In this document: one piece after another, positions 47,857-48,436 of the stretch | Position numbering within the stretch: the first letter of the stretch is position 1 | Layout: every line of letters begins with the position of its first letter | NCBI GenBank assembly: GCA_029838195.1 | Contig: JALGVJ010000030.1 | Location: 1 to 48,436 of the forward strand | Direction: 5' to 3' | Length of the DNA: 48,436 bases | Origin: Promethearchaeota archaeon | GTDB lineage: Archaea > Asgardarchaeota > Lokiarchaeia > Sigyniarchaeales > SOKP01 | Notes under the pieces: generated by a model | Told to the model about the DNA's origin: nothing | Database searches by the model: none | The model's input: only the letters and a program-made list of their open reading frames with translations | Position numbers and translations under genes: made by a program

Positions 47857-48436
47857 AGAGTTTGTTTAAAATTAATTTAATGCCTCCATGAAATAATTTT
47901 TTTGTCCAAAAAAACATATCGGTTTTAAATATATGTCTTTTACGCCCGTTTCATGTGCTACGATAATTATGAAAAAGAAGGCGATAAACTTCAGATACGT
48001 GTCTTTAAAAACATTTCTTAACCCACGTGCGGATTACGAAGCAAGTGTCGTTCTAATTCTCGATCCGACATGTTTTTATTCAATTTTGCGAATAAAATTG
48101 CTTTAAATACGGCTACGGGATCGCATGGTTGCTTGCCCTTCATTCCCGGCTTCCAATCATTCAAATGGCAAGGAAAAAAAGGTTTTTGTTTTCACTCTAA
48201 CCCCATTTTCGTCCTTCATGATAAAGATTTTATCCCAGGTGAGTTGAAGTCCCTGAGATTCCAAATAAGGAGATTGCATTGAAAGAGTCATGTATAAAGA
48301 GATATAATATTCGTATATCATACCAAGTGATATCCGGATATATACGATTCAGGAGAATCGAGTATTACTCAGATAAAGAGAATTCATGAAGGTTTTGAGC
48401 AAAAATAAGTCATTGAGATGAACATTTCTTCTAACG
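47857..48436 (-). mobile_element. Decayed, internally deleted IS remnant (IS5/IS1182-like DDE transposase pseudogene); runs off the window
   Basis: Minus strand encodes GKQPCDPVAVFKAILFAKLNKNMSDRELERHLLRNP (DUF772/InsH N-terminal-like), joined near 48025 to ARGLRNVFKDTYLKFIAFFF...* (transposase C-tail-like, stop 47872-47874). Frameshift at the A7 run 48174-48180. TIR-like AGAGTTTGTTTAAAA at 47857-47871. Confidence 0.7.

Noticed and set aside
48070-48282. 70-aa plus-strand ORF
   Set aside because: Antisense to the transposase remnant.

Overview
AT-rich (roughly 30% GC, estimated by eye) prokaryotic chromosomal segment, most likely from an Asgard archaeon (Lokiarchaeia-like). That assignment is inferred from a Roadblock/LC7–Rab-like GTPase fusion, two 7TM–longin-like paralogues and an archaeal SelB-like (aSelBL) gene. 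Most of the window is heterotrophic catabolism: M28, M42 and S45 peptidases/acylase, galactokinase, GPH and MFS transporters, a Cys-type sulfatase with its radical-SAM maturase, a GH3 glycosidase, KduD, a class II aldolase, a UROD/MtaA-like protein and PLP enzymes. It also holds a SNF2–SWIM pair, hisB, an orphan N6-adenine MTase with a Zn-ribbon insert, a 5'-truncated coiled-coil-repeat PD-(D/E)xK-like gene at the left edge and an internally deleted IS remnant at the right edge. No rRNA, tRNA or CRISPR array was seen. Best novelty candidates: (i) the tandem 7TM–longin pair as a possible receptor-type GTPase regulator, (ii) a split two-gene Cwh43/PGAP2IP-like module, (iii) a small basic protein missed by the ORF track that needs a -1 frameshift, (iv) strong over-representation of TCATGA, and (v) mid-gene C-to-G strand-skew switches. 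All family assignments come from motif recognition by eye; no searches were run.
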